From assembly GCA_963667785.2 (NCBI GenBank), contig CAXXMU010000006.1:512001-576000 (forward strand): a stretch of DNA of 64,000 nt, read 5' to 3'. This DNA is from Alphaproteobacteria bacterium. GTDB lineage: Bacteria > Pseudomonadota > Alphaproteobacteria > UBA828. Below the pieces are notes generated by a model. The model searched no databases. It was not told where the DNA came from and saw nothing but the letters and a program-made list of their open reading frames with translations. The position numbers were made by a program, and so were the translations under genes. This document shows, in pieces, positions 62,329 to 64,000 of this stretch. Position 1 is the first letter of the stretch. Each line of letters starts with the position of its first letter.

Positions 62329-63498
62329 ATGGCGGAGAAGTGCGGCAATGGCGCACGGGTCTTGAGGGGCGTCCGGGCGCTGCTCGCGGCGGCGGTGGCG
62401 CTCGTCCTCGCCGCGCTTCCTCTGGCGGCGGCTGAGCGGCTCGGCACGGTCGAGAGCGCCCTGCACCGCTTCCACCTGGTCCGCGTGGTGGACGGGCTGG
62501 AGCACCCGTGGGGCCTCGTCTTCCTGCCGGACGGGCGGATGCTGGTGACGGAGCGCCCGGGGCGGCTCCGCATCGTCGCGGACGGCGCGCTCGTGCCCGA
62601 GCCGGTGGCCGGTGTGCCCGCCGTGTGGGCGGAAGGCCAGGGCGGGCTGCTGGACGTGGTGCTGCACCCCGATTTCGCGGAGAACGGCCTTGTCTATCTC
62701 TCCTATGCGAGCCCAGACGAGGAGGACGAGGAGGCCGCCACCGCCGTGGCCCGCGGCCGGCTCACGGGCGCGCGGCTGGAGGAGGTCGAGGAGATCTACC
62801 TCGCCCCGCCGCGCGACGACGGCGGCCGCCACTTCGGCTCGCGCCTCCTCTTCTCGGATGGTTACCTCTTCGTCACCACAGGCGAGCGCGGCGAGCCCGA
62901 CCGCGCCCAGGCCCTGGACGACCCGGCGGGCTCCGTCATCCGCCTCCACGACGACGGCAGCATACCGGCGAACAACCCCTTCGCAGCGCTCGCGGACGCG
63001 CGGCCGGAAATCTACTCCTACGGCCACCGCAACCCCCAGGGCATGGCGCTGGAGGCGTCGACGGGGCGCATCTATGTCATCGAGCACGGGCCCAAGGGCG
63101 GCGACGAGCTGAACCTGATCGAGCCGGGCGTGAACTACGGCTGGCCGGTGATCACCTACGGGAAGAGCTACATGGGCTTCAAGATCGGCGAGGGCACCCA
63201 CATGGAGGGCATGGCCCAGCCGGTGCACTACTGGGTGCCGTCGATCTCGCCGTCGGGCCTGATGATCTACGACGGCGCGGGCTTCCCGGCCTGGCGGGGC
63301 AGCGTCTTCGCCGGCGCGCTCTCGGGCGAGCTGCTGGTGCGGCTCGAGATCGCAGGCGGCCGGGCGGTGGCGGAGGAACGCATGCTCGAAGACCTGGAGG
63401 AGCGCATCCGCGACGTGCGCCAGGGGCCGGACGGCCTCGTCTACCTGCTCACCGACCACCCGGACGGGATGCTGCTCAGGCTGGAGCCGGCGGACTAG
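62329..63498 (+). CDS. PQQ-dependent sugar dehydrogenase (YliI/Asd family)
   Basis: LEHPWGL.FLPDG, GQGGLLDV, HFGSR, SYGHRNPQG, EHGPKGGDELN, RIRDV.QGPDG. Confidence 0.93.
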   Translation: MAEKCGNGARVLRGVRALLAAAVALVLAALPLAAAERLGTVESALHRFHLVRVVDGLEHPWGLVFLPDGRMLVTERPGRLRIVADGALVPEPVAGVPAVWAEGQGGLLDVVLHPDFAENGLVYLSYASPDEEDEEAATAVARGRLTGARLEEVEEIYLAPPRDDGGRHFGSRLLFSDGYLFVTTGERGEPDRAQALDDPAGSVIRLHDDGSIPANNPFAALADARPEIYSYGHRNPQGMALEASTGRIYVIEHGPKGGDELNLIEPGVNYGWPVITYGKSYMGFKIGEGTHMEGMAQPVHYWVPSISPSGLMIYDGAGFPAWRGSVFAGALSGELLVRLEIAGGRAVAEERMLEDLEERIRDVRQGPDGLVYLLTDHPDGMLLRLEPAD

Positions 63499-63530
63499 CG
63501 CCCGATGGGAACGCCCGTGAAGATGACCCC

Positions 63531-64000
63531 ATGAAGATCGTCGAGGTCACGCCGGTCTCGATCGGCCAGTTCCTCTTCGTGCGCATCGAGACCGACACGG
63601 GCATCACCGGGCTGGGCGAATCCGGCACCTGGGGGCATCTCGCCGCCTCGCGCGCCGCCATCGAGACCTTCGCCGGCCATCTGGTGGGCCAGGACCCGGC
63701 CCCCATCGAGCGCCACTGGAACCTGATGCACCGCTTCAGCCACTTCCAGGGGGCGGCGATCAACGGCGCCATCGCGGCGATCGACATCGCGCTCTGGGAC
63801 ATCAAGGGCAAGGCGCTGGGGGTCCCTGTGCACTCCCTCCTGGGCGGGCCGTGCCGGACGCACGCCAGGGTCTATGGCCACGCCTACGGCAAGACCGCGG
63901 ACGAGCTGGTGGAGAACTGCTCGGCGCTGAAGGAGGCAGGCTTCAACGCGGTGGGCCATATCAACCCCTTCCTCGACGAGCGCGAGGACGACCCCTTCTA
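63531..64000 (+). CDS. Mandelate racemase / galactonate dehydratase family enzyme (5' part, runs off the window)
   Basis: MKIVEV....FLFVRIETDTGITGLGE...AIAAIDIALWDIKGKALGVPV..LLGG. Confidence 0.88.
   Translation, partial: MKIVEVTPVSIGQFLFVRIETDTGITGLGESGTWGHLAASRAAIETFAGHLVGQDPAPIERHWNLMHRFSHFQGAAINGAIAAIDIALWDIKGKALGVPVHSLLGGPCRTHARVYGHAYGKTADELVENCSALKEAGFNAVGHINPFLDEREDDPF

Overview
High-GC bacterial DNA, most likely alphaproteobacterial (GcrA-like protein, kdsB-cycM, tkt-gap-pgk-fba). A secreted ankyrin-repeat protein hints at a host-associated lifestyle; this is inference only. Positions 1-~12784 are the right part of a Mu-like transposable prophage. Its early genes (GcrA-like, DnaA domain IV, Gam-like, DUF1643, GemA/gp16, Mor-like) run directly into a P2-type contractile tail operon (sheath, tube, chaperone with -1 frameshift, tape measure, gpU, gpX, gpD) and then a Mu-like end. 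No lysis, terminase, portal, head, spike, baseplate-wedge or fibre genes lie in between. The early region appears to mimic host cell-cycle proteins, including an FtsZ C-terminal-peptide-like motif hidden behind a homopolymer frameshift, and is rich in long C/G tracts. The tape measure protein carries six 15-aa repeats with five RGD motifs. The rest is chromosomal metabolism: hydantoinase/LLM cluster, CntA-like Rieske oxygenase, tRNA-Gln, trimethylamine dehydrogenase with a THF-binding partner and ABC transporter, LytTR-DUF2141-carotenoid oxygenase, orphan ureEG and central carbon genes. It is interspersed with six copies (one partial) of a ~228-bp CTAG-flanked composite MITE/REP element. All product calls come from recognising motifs by eye; no searches were run.
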